This document shows positions 18,484 through 28,908 of a stretch of 64,000 nt of DNA, piece by piece (within the stretch, counting starts at the first letter, position 1; each line of letters starts with the position of its first letter). This DNA is from a bacterium (GTDB taxonomy: Bacteria > UBA8248): NCBI GenBank assembly GCA_965203325.1, contig OZ241875.1, forward strand, positions 2,144,001 to 2,208,000. The letters are read 5' to 3'. The notes beneath the pieces are model-generated. The model was not told the DNA's origin and searched no databases. It saw nothing but the letters and a program-made list of their open reading frames with translations. The position numbers and the translations under genes were made by a program.

Positions 18484-18584
18484 TTCCGATAAATTTCTGG
18501 AAATTTATAGCTTTGATATATAAGGAATTATCTGGTTTTTGGCTTCGGAGCGGCAATGATGTAGGTGGGCGCCGCCCGCCCCGG
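18484..18584. repeat. ~100-bp degenerate direct repeat, copy 2 (intact gene 3' end plus downstream)
   Basis: Partner of 13096-13194. Spans the last codons and stop of the phosphodiester glycosidase gene. Confidence 0.88.
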
Positions 18585-19376
18585 AATCTCAATTGCGCCC
18601 CGCACCCACAACTGCGAACTCGAGCCGCCGTCGAGGTTCATGGCGTCACGGACGCCGAGGCCTCCCTTCGATTCGGGCAGAACGAGAAACGCCTGAAGCT
18701 CACACCAGGAGATGCCGCGCGTCTCGGCCTCGCTCACCAGAACGACCAGCCTGTCCTCGGCGTCCAAGCCGACGACCGTCCTCCTCGAGGCGCGCAGATA
18801 TTCCCGGTAGCGGGACAGCCCCGGAACAGGCTTCCCGTCCATCACCAGAAGGGGCCCCGCCTGAAACGCTTCACTGACGCCCGAATCCTCGAAATTCTCG
18901 CGGGAAACGATTTGGGGCCTCCCGTCGTTCTGCTCCACCGCGAACAGCGCACCATAGTGCAGGAACGTCTTGCGCCCACGATGCAATACAAGGCTGTTGA
19001 ACACCTTGCCGCCCGAGCGGAAATAACCCATCGGCCGGCCTTTTTCATCGTAATAGCCGGCGTTGAGAATAACGGCGGCACCCAGTTTTTCGGCGAGAGC
19101 ACCGAAGTCGACGGGTACGAACCAATCGGATTTATCGCGCCAGTGGAGCCTGATTTCAAAATCTTGATGCCGCAGTCGAACCGCCTTCATCCGCGCGGTC
19201 GTGCCGTTTTCGAACCGGATTCGAACGTCTCGCGTATCCAATGGCAGGGATTGCCGCCGCTTCCAGCGGCCATCGCCCACAGGGTGGCCCTTGAGAGGAC
19301 AATCGGACGCAGGGAACGCAGGTTGAATAGCCAGGAAAGTACCTACAATCAATATCAGCACCAGCAAACGCTTCAT
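18528..19376 (-). CDS. Secreted phosphodiester glycosidase (NAGPA-like) family protein
   Basis: Signal peptide MKRLLVLILIV, ILNAGYY, QAGPLLV, RTVVG and AMNLDGGSSS. Confidence 0.85.
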   Translation of the reverse strand: MKRLLVLILIVGTFLAIQPAFPASDCPLKGHPVGDGRWKRRQSLPLDTRDVRIRFENGTTARMKAVRLRHQDFEIRLHWRDKSDWFVPVDFGALAEKLGAAVILNAGYYDEKGRPMGYFRSGGKVFNSLVLHRGRKTFLHYGALFAVEQNDGRPQIVSRENFEDSGVSEAFQAGPLLVMDGKPVPGLSRYREYLRASRRTVVGLDAEDRLVVLVSEAETRGISWCELQAFLVLPESKGGLGVRDAMNLDGGSSSQLWVRGAIEIPGRAAPTYIIAAPKPKTR

Positions 19377-19432
19377 GGCGAAAAGCCCCTCGACGCTGCC
19401 AACCCCCACTTCAATCTGATTGCCCGAAACGA

Positions 19433-21043
19433 CTAGAAACCGGCCGCGCATCCATCTCTCCGGTGGTCGGAACCACCCATGAATACGCCGTCATCGAGCC
19501 GGACGATTCCCTGCCCGCCGCCGAAACCCTCATAGCCGCCTGCGCGGCGGACGTCGTGGCCACGCGATTCCAACTGCCGGAGCACGTCTTCCGGCACACC
19601 GCTCTCTATCGCCACCACACGGCCGCCCAATACGCGAAAACGGGGCGCTTCGATAGCCTCCTGGATGTCCATGCCGAAATCCACCATGTTCGAGAGCACC
19701 TGCACGTGGCCCTGCGGCTGCATGTCGCCTCCCATGACGCCGAAACTCACCCAGGGCTCTCCATCCTTCATCACGAAACCGGGAATGATGGTGTGCAGGG
19801 GCCGCTTCCCGGATGCGATGCAGTTCGGATGACCTTCCTCCAGCACAAAACCGCTGCCCCTGTTCTGGAGCATGATGCCCGTCTCGCCCCCGGTGATGCC
19901 GGATCCGAAATGATGGAACAAGCTGTTGATGAATGAGCACATATTGCCCCGGGAATCCGCCACGGTCAGGTAAATCGTATCGTTCCATGTGCTGGGAACC
20001 CCGGCTCCGGGGCTGCCTGCTTTCGCTTCATCGATGAGCTTCCGTCTCTCATCGGCATATTCCGCAGAAAGGAGTTCTTTCAGGGGTACATCCGCCTTGG
20101 TCATATCGGCGACGTAACGATCTCTGTCCGCAAAGGCGAGTTTCATCGCCTCGACCACGATGTGGAGATGCTCGGCCGAACCATAACTCATCTCCCCAAA
20201 AGGGTATGCGTCGATGAGATTCAGGCATATCAGCGCCGTGACGCCCTGCCCCGAGGGGGGTATCTCACAAAGCTCATAGCCACGGTAGTTTGCGCGAATC
20301 GGCTCAACCCATTCGCATTTCGTGGCGGCGAAATCCTCGAGTTCGAACAAGCCCCCGATTTCCTTCGTGTAGCGAACAATCTCCTCGGCTATCGGACCTT
20401 CGTAGAAAGCCTCACGCCCGCCATCGGCAATCACTCGCAAGGATTCTCCCAGCTTCGGGTTCCGGAATCTCTCTCCGATCTTCGGCGAACGTCCTGTCGG
20501 CAGATAGAATCGACGCGAGTATTCGCAATCTTTCAGTTTTTCGGTCTGGTTCGCCCATGCACGACTGATGATGGGAGAGAGAGGAAACCCGTCTTCCGCA
20601 TACTGAATCGCAGGCCCCAGTAGCTCCGACATCGTTTTTTTGCCGCTGCCGCATCGCTCGTGGGCGGCGAACCAGCCATCCACCGCGCCGGGGAGGGTGC
20701 AAGAATAAATTCCCGTCTCCGGGACGGAGGAAAATTCCCGGTAGCGTGAGAGCGTGGCCTTGGCCGGACTCTTTCCGCTGCCGTTCAAGCCCAAGAGTTC
20801 CTTGGCATCGGCATCCCAATAGAGCATGAACATGTCCCCGCCGACTCCCGTGGATTGCGGCTCCACCACATTCAATGCTGCGGCTGCGGCGATCGCCGCG
20901 TCCATGGCGTTTCCGGCTTCTTTCAATATCTGGAGACCCGCTTCGGCGGCCAGGGGCTGGCTGGTCGCCACCAAGCCCCCCGTGGCGAATACGGGAGAGC
21001 GTCCTGCAGCCAAAGATGTTCTTGTGGTCGGCTCTTTCAACAT
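19433..21043 (-). CDS. ggt: Gamma-glutamyltransferase family protein
   Basis: GNAMDAAIA, EPQSTGVGGD, nucleophile DTIYLTVAD, NRG, KRPLHTIIP and GVMGGDMQPQGH. Confidence 0.93.
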   Translation of the reverse strand: MLKEPTTRTSLAAGRSPVFATGGLVATSQPLAAEAGLQILKEAGNAMDAAIAAAAALNVVEPQSTGVGGDMFMLYWDADAKELLGLNGSGKSPAKATLSRYREFSSVPETGIYSCTLPGAVDGWFAAHERCGSGKKTMSELLGPAIQYAEDGFPLSPIISRAWANQTEKLKDCEYSRRFYLPTGRSPKIGERFRNPKLGESLRVIADGGREAFYEGPIAEEIVRYTKEIGGLFELEDFAATKCEWVEPIRANYRGYELCEIPPSGQGVTALICLNLIDAYPFGEMSYGSAEHLHIVVEAMKLAFADRDRYVADMTKADVPLKELLSAEYADERRKLIDEAKAGSPGAGVPSTWNDTIYLTVADSRGNMCSFINSLFHHFGSGITGGETGIMLQNRGSGFVLEEGHPNCIASGKRPLHTIIPGFVMKDGEPWVSFGVMGGDMQPQGHVQVLSNMVDFGMDIQEAIEAPRFRVLGGRVVAIESGVPEDVLRQLESRGHDVRRAGGYEGFGGGQGIVRLDDGVFMGGSDHRRDGCAAGF

Positions 21044-21076
21044 CTACTCCTTCAGGAGATGCAAAAAATTATCGAA

Positions 21077-22144
21077 CTATGCGTCGCAGATTTTCGACCG
21101 TTCTCTACCGCGGAGAAAAATCATCTCTCTCACTTCCCCACCACAAAACGAGGCCAACGCATCCGGCCCGACGATGCATCTTTCCAAAATGGAATTCTCA
21201 TCGATCATCCCGCCCGGAAAAACGATGGATTCTCGCGCCACGGCATTATTCCCAAGAGTAGCACCCGCCATGATTGCAGTGAAGGGGCCCACTTTCGCAT
21301 TTTTTTGGATGACAACATCGGGGCCCATCAAGACGGGAGGCTCAATGCTGCCCTCTCCCCATTTCATGACGGAGCCTTCTATCAAGAAAAACTCCGACGG
21401 GGGCCAACTGAAATCCGGCACGAATTCACCAGACATGACGTCCGAGTGCACCTGTAAATACCGCGATGGAGTACCGACATCCATCCAATAGGAATCACTC
21501 AAAACCGCTCCGATCCGCGCGTCTTTTTTCATCAACCGGGGATAAATTTGCGTTGAAATATCCGACGCCACTCCCGCAGGGATATGACTCAACATTTCAG
21601 GAGACATGATGCTCAGACCGGTGAACATCGCCTGGTTCAGCTCGCCTTGTGGAATCCCCGGCGCGCGCGTATCTAAAAAACTTCGCAAACGTCCCGTCGC
21701 ATCAAACTCGAGCACCCCATACTCTTGAGCCTCGGACGAACGCCTGAGAATGAGAGTGGCGAGGAAATCTCCTTTCTGATGATGGTCCAATGCCGTTTTC
21801 AAATCTGCACCACACGGCGCATCCGCGTTGATGACGAAAAAAGACTCGTTTTTCTCGCACAAAAACGCCTCCGCATTCTTGATTCCGCCGGCAGTGCCCA
21901 AAATCTCAGGCTCATGAAAATAGTGAATATGGAGGCCATGCGCATAATCGCCCAGAGCGGAGCGAATTTTCTGCGCGCCATGGTGCAAATTGACTGCGGC
22001 TTCTTTCACACCGATTGCCGCCAATTTCTCCAGCGCAAAACCGATGAGCGGCACGCCACCCAAGGGTAAAAGCGGTTTGGGAATCCCCTCTCCCAACTCT
22101 CCCAATCTTTTCCCATAACCGGCCGCCATCACGAACGCCCGCAT
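21077..22144 (-). CDS. NDP-sugar nucleotidyltransferase with C-terminal left-handed beta-helix
   Basis: MAAGYGKRL, PKPLLP, EPEILGTAGG, INAD, WMDVGTP and hexapeptide repeats. Confidence 0.88.
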   Translation of the reverse strand: MRAFVMAAGYGKRLGELGEGIPKPLLPLGGVPLIGFALEKLAAIGVKEAAVNLHHGAQKIRSALGDYAHGLHIHYFHEPEILGTAGGIKNAEAFLCEKNESFFVINADAPCGADLKTALDHHQKGDFLATLILRRSSEAQEYGVLEFDATGRLRSFLDTRAPGIPQGELNQAMFTGLSIMSPEMLSHIPAGVASDISTQIYPRLMKKDARIGAVLSDSYWMDVGTPSRYLQVHSDVMSGEFVPDFSWPPSEFFLIEGSVMKWGEGSIEPPVLMGPDVVIQKNAKVGPFTAIMAGATLGNNAVARESIVFPGGMIDENSILERCIVGPDALASFCGGEVREMIFLRGRERSKICDA

Positions 22145-22249
22145 TGCACGCACCTCTCTAGTGGCCGGAAACCATGTTCCCGTTCGCCTTGAGAGCAAAA
22201 CAAAACCGGGCACTACAATCCCGCCCGGCTTGTTCAATTATCTATGTGA

Positions 22250-24580
22250 CTACTCTGCTTCGACACCTTCTTTGTGAATGGCCATGGCGACGCTTTCCGG
22301 CGTGATGGGCAGCTTGGTGAACCGATGGCCGACTGCGTCGCGTATGGCATTGGAAATCGCGGCCAACGTGGGCACCAAAGAACTCTCCCCTACACCTTTC
22401 GCGCCATAGGGCCCTGTCTCATTGGCCGCTTCCACGATAATGGTTGTGAATTCGGGTGTATCCATAGAGACGGGAATCTCGTATCGCGCCAGGTCCGGCG
22501 TAAGCACGCGGCCATCATGCACGTCAATTTCCTCGATCAAGGCCTGACCAAGCCCCATCTCGATACCCCCTTGTATCTGTCCGATTACCCCCTGGGGATT
22601 GATGGCCCGACCCACATCATGGGCGGCGACCATGCGCCTCACCCAAACTTCTCCCGTATTCGGGTCGACCGCGACGTCCGCCACCTGTACCCCATAGCTG
22701 TACACCATGAACGGCTTGCCTTCTCCGGTTTCAGGGTTGAACGTCAAGGGCCCGGTACTGAACCATCCCTGACCTGTAATCTGCTCGCCAATCAAAAGCG
22801 CTTGCGAGACCACCTCACCAAACGAGATTGAACGCTCAGGCGCGCTTTTGATGAACACTCGCCCATTTTTGAAAGCTACATCTTCGGTCGGACCTTCGAG
22901 CATCTCCGCCGCCACAGGTGACAGAATGCCCCGAACTTCCGCAATGGCTTCACATATCGCATTGCCGGGAATCGTGGTGGAGCGCGAACCTGCCGTAAAA
23001 CCACTCTCGGGAACGGCATCGGTATCCACCTGCATGATGCGCACGTCCTCAAAACGCACGCCCATGGCTTCCGCCGCTATCTGGGCGAGCACCGTGTGCG
23101 AACCCTGACCGAGTTCGATGATTCCGACACCCACCTGCACTTTACCGTCATCGGTGACATGAATCTGCGCGCCGCAGGAATCCGAGGGCGATGCGGCGCC
23201 CGTGGAATACCAAAACCCCGCCATACCGCGGCCATGCAACAAGCCATCGCCGTTTGCATTTTCTCTCGGGTGTGGCCCAAGCGCTTTTTCCGCTTTATCG
23301 AGACAATCCATGTACCCCACACTCTGGTCCAACACCTGGCGGGTTGCAGTCGAAGAACCGAGTTTGTAGCCGTTCAATCTCCTCAGTTCGAAGGGGTCCA
23401 TTCCAAGCGAGAGCGCCAATTCATCCATCTGGCTCTCAATCGCGAAATGAACCTGGGGAACGCCCAAACCGCGCATGGCGCAGGTATTGATGTTGTTCGT
23501 GAGCACAAGATAGCCGTCAGCCCAGACGTTATCGCATTCATACGCACCAGAGGAATGGATAATCAGCTTTTTGATGATGCCGGGTCCTACCGCAGCGTAC
23601 GGACCTTTGTTGAGATAAATATGGATGCGCATGGCGGTGATTTTGCCGTTTTTCCTGGCGCCGATTTTATGTTGGATCACCGCAGGTACTCGTTTCGCCT
23701 TCCCGCCGAGGGACTCTTCCCTCGTGTAGTTGTAGATAGCGGGACGCTGTGTCTTGAGCGCGACCAAGCCCGCCCGCATGGCAATTTCGATGGAGGTTTC
23801 TTCTTTTCCACCGAAACCGCCACCCGGTGGCGTTGAGATGAATTGAATCTCGTTTTGTCCCAAACCCAGCACCGGAGCGATAACGCGCCTTACCATATGC
23901 GGACATTGGGTGGGCCCCGTGCAAGTGATGGAGCCATCGGGGTTGGGAACCACATAACCCGCATCTGGTTCGAGATAGGCGTGATCGATGAACTGCGTTT
24001 CGTACGTATTCTCCAGAATCACGTCCGCCTCGGCGAAACCCTCTTCCACATCTCCTTTTCGAATTTTCAAGTGAGTGAGCACATTGCCTTTGGCCACCGG
24101 ATGGTCCGGCTGAACAACAGGGGCATCATCTTTCAAGGCGTCTTGTGTTTCAAAAACAGCAGGAAGCGCTTTGGCCTTGGTTTTCACCAACCCGGCCGCA
24201 AACTCCGCCTGCTCCAACGTGTCCGCCGCCACAATGGCCACCACATCCTGAAGTGAATAGATGCGCTTTTCCACCAAAGCCGGCTGATCGGGCATCAACA
24301 TGCCGTAGAGTTTCTGGCCAGGAATGTCCTTTGCGGTCAGGACACAGGCAACGCCCGGCGCATTTTCCGCCTCGGTCGTATCGACCCGCTCCAGCGTTCC
24401 ACAAGCGATGGGCGCCGTCACGGGAACAACATACAGCGGATTGACCAGTTTGTGGTCCGCAGCGAATACGGGCGAACCATCCGCCTTGGGAGGACCATCT
24501 ACCCGGGGCATGTCGGCGCCGATGAGATCCCCGTCATCATCAGGTCCGCCGAACATCTCTTGATAAAAACGTTCCGACAT
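22250..24580 (-). CDS. Xanthine dehydrogenase family molybdopterin-binding subunit
   Basis: HAYLEP, GGGFGGK, AMRGLG.PQ, ELGQG, GSRST, HDVG.AINP, GQIQGG and AKGVGE. Confidence 0.93.
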   Translation of the reverse strand: MSERFYQEMFGGPDDDGDLIGADMPRVDGPPKADGSPVFAADHKLVNPLYVVPVTAPIACGTLERVDTTEAENAPGVACVLTAKDIPGQKLYGMLMPDQPALVEKRIYSLQDVVAIVAADTLEQAEFAAGLVKTKAKALPAVFETQDALKDDAPVVQPDHPVAKGNVLTHLKIRKGDVEEGFAEADVILENTYETQFIDHAYLEPDAGYVVPNPDGSITCTGPTQCPHMVRRVIAPVLGLGQNEIQFISTPPGGGFGGKEETSIEIAMRAGLVALKTQRPAIYNYTREESLGGKAKRVPAVIQHKIGARKNGKITAMRIHIYLNKGPYAAVGPGIIKKLIIHSSGAYECDNVWADGYLVLTNNINTCAMRGLGVPQVHFAIESQMDELALSLGMDPFELRRLNGYKLGSSTATRQVLDQSVGYMDCLDKAEKALGPHPRENANGDGLLHGRGMAGFWYSTGAASPSDSCGAQIHVTDDGKVQVGVGIIELGQGSHTVLAQIAAEAMGVRFEDVRIMQVDTDAVPESGFTAGSRSTTIPGNAICEAIAEVRGILSPVAAEMLEGPTEDVAFKNGRVFIKSAPERSISFGEVVSQALLIGEQITGQGWFSTGPLTFNPETGEGKPFMVYSYGVQVADVAVDPNTGEVWVRRMVAAHDVGRAINPQGVIGQIQGGIEMGLGQALIEEIDVHDGRVLTPDLARYEIPVSMDTPEFTTIIVEAANETGPYGAKGVGESSLVPTLAAISNAIRDAVGHRFTKLPITPESVAMAIHKEGVEAE

Positions 24581-24665
24581 TACAAACCTCCGCTCACAAA
24601 AGACTCATGCTTTTCGATATGATTGAATTGATTTGCAAGATTGCAAAGAAACAGTCGCCAATCGC

Positions 24666-25592
24666 TCAGTCTGACTCCGGCCCATCGGGTTTTCTCCGGA
24701 GCAAGCGCTCTATCTCATCAGCTACCTCGGCACCGGGAGGCAGCTTTTCCTCCCCTTCCTCAATTTCTCCATCGGGCGCGTCCCCAAAATCGAAGCCTGG
24801 AATCTCATCCGGAATCTGCCCTTTCTGAATATCCTCCACATATTTTGCAATGCGGGGATCTCTGGCGATGATTTGCTCAACCTGTCCATCGAACGTATCG
24901 ATGGCGACATCGAAATCTTCCAAGGTAATTTCAAAACCACCCAAGGCGCTTAGTTTATCCAACAGAGCGCACGTTGCTTTTGGGTTGGATAGAGATGCGA
25001 TGTAATGCGGCACATTCACCCACAAGCTCACCGCCGGAAAACCCTTGTCCTGCATGAGCGTATGGATAACACCCACAATTCCCGTAGGTCCCTCATAGCG
25101 CGTTATTTCCACGCCCGAGGGCTCGACCAATGCCGAATCGGTGGCGATGGCCATTAAGCGGCTGGGTTGGGTATGTAAATCTCCCGCGAGCAACGCTCCC
25201 ATTGTCACGATCATACGTGCATCGTAGCGGCTGCCTATCGCAAGGACATCGCGGCTAAAGTATTTCCATTGCAAATGGGGTTCGGTTCCGATTCCGACAA
25301 TGAGATCCCGCGCAAGACCCGGCGTTCGACAATAGAAAAATTCGTTCAGCGGCCAGGTAATTCGCCGCTCGCCGGATTCACTTAGCTTGACGGTAGGCCT
25401 TTGATCTGCAAATTGGAAAAATTCATCCGGCTGGATTTGCGCCACCCGTTTCCCCTCGAAGTGTTGAACCAGATAACGCGCCGCCGAAGTTGCAGACTCC
25501 GCCGCATCGTTCCATCCGGAAAACGCCATGATAAGTAAAGGATCGTTGGCGTCCTCCACACTGTGGAAAAACGTAACGCCCATATCCAACAC
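24666..25592 (-). CDS. PAC2 (proteasome assembly chaperone) family protein
   Basis: AFSGWNDAAESAT, RPTV, EPHLQW, YEGPTGIVG, SLWVNVPHY and NPKA. Confidence 0.88.
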   Translation of the reverse strand: MLDMGVTFFHSVEDANDPLLIMAFSGWNDAAESATSAARYLVQHFEGKRVAQIQPDEFFQFADQRPTVKLSESGERRITWPLNEFFYCRTPGLARDLIVGIGTEPHLQWKYFSRDVLAIGSRYDARMIVTMGALLAGDLHTQPSRLMAIATDSALVEPSGVEITRYEGPTGIVGVIHTLMQDKGFPAVSLWVNVPHYIASLSNPKATCALLDKLSALGGFEITLEDFDVAIDTFDGQVEQIIARDPRIAKYVEDIQKGQIPDEIPGFDFGDAPDGEIEEGEEKLPPGAEVADEIERLLRRKPDGPESD

Positions 25593-25694
25593 CTCCAGTC
25601 TGACATCGTATTTCTGAATTTTTCCATTTCAATAGGGAGAACACGCCGTCCGTCCAGCTATGTTCAGGGCAGGTTCTCCCCTTGTTCGTTTCTA

Positions 25695-26903
25695 TCATCC
25701 GTCCTCTTTGGGAAAATTCCCGCTCTCTGGTGGGTAGGTGAACAAATTACTCCTGTGCCCTTCCAACCCGGGCGTTTCCCAGGAAGGCACTCCTCCAGGG
25801 GAAGGCATCTCGCCTTCCGCCACATCCTTTTGCAGTCTTCGCCACTCGTTTTGAAAATCCTCAGCATGCCCCCTGAAATGCGGCATCACGTATCGTGCGA
25901 ACAACTCGAGCGACGCTCTTATCTTCTGATCGGGCACCCATTCGTGCGTCGTGAGCATGAGTCCGCCGAATCCGCCTGATTCCTCCTGTATTTTCTCTAT
26001 TACCTCTATCGCGTCGTCCGGGGTACCTACTATCCAGTATCTTTGCTCCGCAGCCACTTTTGGTGTGATTTCGGCGCGCGGCTGATCGGGATACGCCTCA
26101 TACGCAGGCTTCAAGCCGATATCCATAAAATAATTCATGTCGCGGAGAGCATACTTTTCGATATCGGCCCACGCTTTTTCACGGCTTTCGGCAAGATGCA
26201 CGTACGTGGTGATTCTCCAGTTCTCACGCGACACTTGTGTGCCGTATTTTCGCGCACATTCCTCCATATAGGGCCATTGCTCGGAAAGCGAGAGGTTCTC
26301 CATGATTTTCTTACCGCCGAAGGAGAGCAAAATCATCTCGTATCGAGCGGCCATATCGATTGCCCCACGGCTTCCCGCCGATGCGATGGCGAGCGGCATT
26401 CTGGGCTTTTGGTAGGAGCGCACCTGGAGACACACATTTCTCAACTTCCAGAACCTGCCCTCATAATCGAAAGGCTCGGGCGATTCCAGGAGTTTGACCA
26501 TGATATCCACCGATTCGTTCAGCATCGGACGCAGATCGCCGGATGGGATATCGAACAGCTTGATGTCACTCACCAGATTGCTCGGACCCACGCCAAAAAT
26601 GACGCGTCCCCTGGTGAGTTGGTCCAAAAACGCCATTCGCTCCGCCAAGTGAAACGGATGATGGAAAGGCACACTGACCACGGAAGTGCCCAAGCGAATT
26701 CTCTTCGCCTTGACCGCCGCCATGGCGAGAGCCATCTCGGGCGCGGGGATCGTCTCCCAACCGCCGGAATGGTGCTCACCGATGTAGAATTCATCAAAAT
26801 CCAGCTCATCGGCATATTCGATGAGTGATATATCACGCTGATAGGCGAGCGATGGGTTTTCAGAAGGATGGTGAATCGGCATCATGAAAAAAGAAAATTT
26901 CAA
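25695..26903 (-). CDS. LLM-class flavin-dependent monooxygenase
   Basis: IGEHHSGGWE, IRLGTSV..PFHHP..AER...LDQL..GR and SLELFARYVMPHF. Confidence 0.9.
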   Translation of the reverse strand: MKFSFFMMPIHHPSENPSLAYQRDISLIEYADELDFDEFYIGEHHSGGWETIPAPEMALAMAAVKAKRIRLGTSVVSVPFHHPFHLAERMAFLDQLTRGRVIFGVGPSNLVSDIKLFDIPSGDLRPMLNESVDIMVKLLESPEPFDYEGRFWKLRNVCLQVRSYQKPRMPLAIASAGSRGAIDMAARYEMILLSFGGKKIMENLSLSEQWPYMEECARKYGTQVSRENWRITTYVHLAESREKAWADIEKYALRDMNYFMDIGLKPAYEAYPDQPRAEITPKVAAEQRYWIVGTPDDAIEVIEKIQEESGGFGGLMLTTHEWVPDQKIRASLELFARYVMPHFRGHAEDFQNEWRRLQKDVAEGEMPSPGGVPSWETPGLEGHRSNLFTYPPESGNFPKEDG

Positions 26904-27098
26904 GGCGAGTTCCCCCTCCAGTTGAAGTGTGAACAGGAAAATCAGGAAACCATCGGGTCATAGTATCTTATTTATGAATTTCCAGCATCCCACAATTAAA
27001 ACCAAAACCTTTCTTCTCTTGTCATCGCTTTCTAATTCCTCCATTATCCCCGCGCTTTGGATTTTTATTCATGTTGCGAAATCAGATGCGAGGATGAA

Positions 27099-28904
27099 AT
27101 GGCTATCATGGAACGAACCGACCTGAGGAACCTCGCCATCATCGCTCATGTCGATCACGGCAAAACCACCCTGGTGGATTCCATGCTCTGGCAAAGCGGC
27201 ATCTTCCGCGAAGGGCAAGACGTGGCCGAGCGGGTTCTTGATTCGATGGATCTCGAACGGGAAAAGGGAATCACCATCATGGCGAAAAACTGCGCCATTG
27301 ATTTCAACGGGATACGCTACAACATCGTGGACACACCGGGCCATGCGGATTTCGGCGGCGAGGTGGAACGCGTTCTCTCCATGGTGGATGGCGTGATGCT
27401 TTTGGTCGATGCTTCAGAAGGGCCACTGCCGCAAACACGGTTCGTGGTCAGTAAAGCCCTGGAGCAAAAACTCCCCTTCGTCGTGGTCATCAATAAGATT
27501 GACCGCCCAGACGCAAGACCCGAGCAAGTTCTCGACGAAATATACGATCTGTTCATCGATCTGGACGCCGGAGAAGCCCAGCTCGATTTTCCCGTAATCT
27601 ACGCCGTCGCTCGTGAGGGCAAAGCCGGCTTCGAAGCTGGTGAGCTATCTCCAACTTTGAAGCCCTTGTTCCATACCCTTGAGAACGCGATACCCCCTCC
27701 CTCATATAAAACCGACATGCCGCTACAGATGCTCGTCTCCCGCCTCGAATACGACAGCTATGTTGGCCGTCTCTCCATCGGCCGAATCTGGAATGGCTCT
27801 CTCAAAGAAAAATCTCATGTCTTGGCGCTCGGGAGAGAGGAAAAGAAGACGAAATGGGAGATCACTTCATTATTCGGTTATGAAGGATTGAGCCGCTACC
27901 AGATGCAAGAAGCGCGCGGAGGTGACATCGTTGCCGTAGCCGGCTTGGAGCACGTGGAAATCGGGGACACCATAGCAGATGTGGAAAACCCGATCCCGCT
28001 TCCCGCCATCAGCGTCGATGAACCCACTATCGCCATGAATTTCAGAATTAACGATACTCCCCTGGCAGGTCGCAGCGGGAAATACCTCACTTCGCGCCAG
28101 ATTCGAGAACGACTCCTGAGGGAGGCGAGGAACAATGTGGCCATTAAAGTCGAGGAGACCAATTCTGCGGACGCCTTGCGGGTATCCGGCCGAGGTTCTT
28201 TGCAGCTCGCCGTGCTCATCGAGCAACTCAGGCGCGAGCAATACGAACTCACCGTCGGACGACCCGAGGTCATCACGCGCAAACAAGACGGCAAAGTCAT
28301 GGAGCCCATGGAAAACGTGGTAGTGGACATTCGGGAAGAATTCATCGGGGCCATTACACAGGGCTTGGGCGCGCGCAAAGGTAAAATGACCAAAATGATC
28401 AACCATGGCAGAGGACATGCACGGCTCGAATTTTCCATTCCCAGCCGGGGTCTCATCGGCTATCGCAACGAATTCCTCACCCAAACGCGGGGAACAGGCA
28501 TACTCACCCACATTTTCGCTGGATGGAGTGAATGGGCGGGCGATCTTCCGGGCAGATCGACGGGCGCATTGATATCGGACCGTGCGGGCAAAGCCACATC
28601 TTACGCGGTGGAAAACATACAAGAGCGCGGCATTCTCTTCGTCGCGCCGACGGAAGAAGTCTATGAGGGGATGATCATCGGTGAGAACAGCCGCGAACAG
28701 GACATGTTCGTGAACATTTCAAAGGAGAAAAAACTGACCAACATCCGGGCCGCCCACGCCGACATATCCGCTCAACTCATTCCCCCTAAACGATTCAGCC
28801 TGGAAGAAGCACTCGAGTTTTTACGCGAAGGGGAATGCCTGGAAGTAACCCCCGAAATCTTCCGGTTGCGTAAAGCAGAACTAAAGGCCAGAAAACACGC
28901 CTGA
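27099..28904 (+). CDS. typA: Translational GTPase TypA/BipA
   Basis: [34 protein letters not shown] and KKLTNIRA. Confidence 0.97.
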   Translation: MAIMERTDLRNLAIIAHVDHGKTTLVDSMLWQSGIFREGQDVAERVLDSMDLEREKGITIMAKNCAIDFNGIRYNIVDTPGHADFGGEVERVLSMVDGVMLLVDASEGPLPQTRFVVSKALEQKLPFVVVINKIDRPDARPEQVLDEIYDLFIDLDAGEAQLDFPVIYAVAREGKAGFEAGELSPTLKPLFHTLENAIPPPSYKTDMPLQMLVSRLEYDSYVGRLSIGRIWNGSLKEKSHVLALGREEKKTKWEITSLFGYEGLSRYQMQEARGGDIVAVAGLEHVEIGDTIADVENPIPLPAISVDEPTIAMNFRINDTPLAGRSGKYLTSRQIRERLLREARNNVAIKVEETNSADALRVSGRGSLQLAVLIEQLRREQYELTVGRPEVITRKQDGKVMEPMENVVVDIREEFIGAITQGLGARKGKMTKMINHGRGHARLEFSIPSRGLIGYRNEFLTQTRGTGILTHIFAGWSEWAGDLPGRSTGALISDRAGKATSYAVENIQERGILFVAPTEEVYEGMIIGENSREQDMFVNISKEKKLTNIRAAHADISAQLIPPKRFSLEEALEFLREGECLEVTPEIFRLRKAELKARKHA

Positions 28905-28908
28905 CGCT

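Noticed and set aside
18345..19436. 363-aa ORF starting at the IS256-like ATG
   Set aside because: Only the first ~27 codons look transposase-like. The rest is the antisense frame of the phosphodiester glycosidase gene, with no DDE motifs.
21077..22144. MocA (Mo-cofactor cytidylyltransferase) or MurU assignment
   Set aside because: It is longer than either and has a hexapeptide C-terminal domain, and no amgK is adjacent. It is left as a generic NDP-sugar nucleotidyltransferase.
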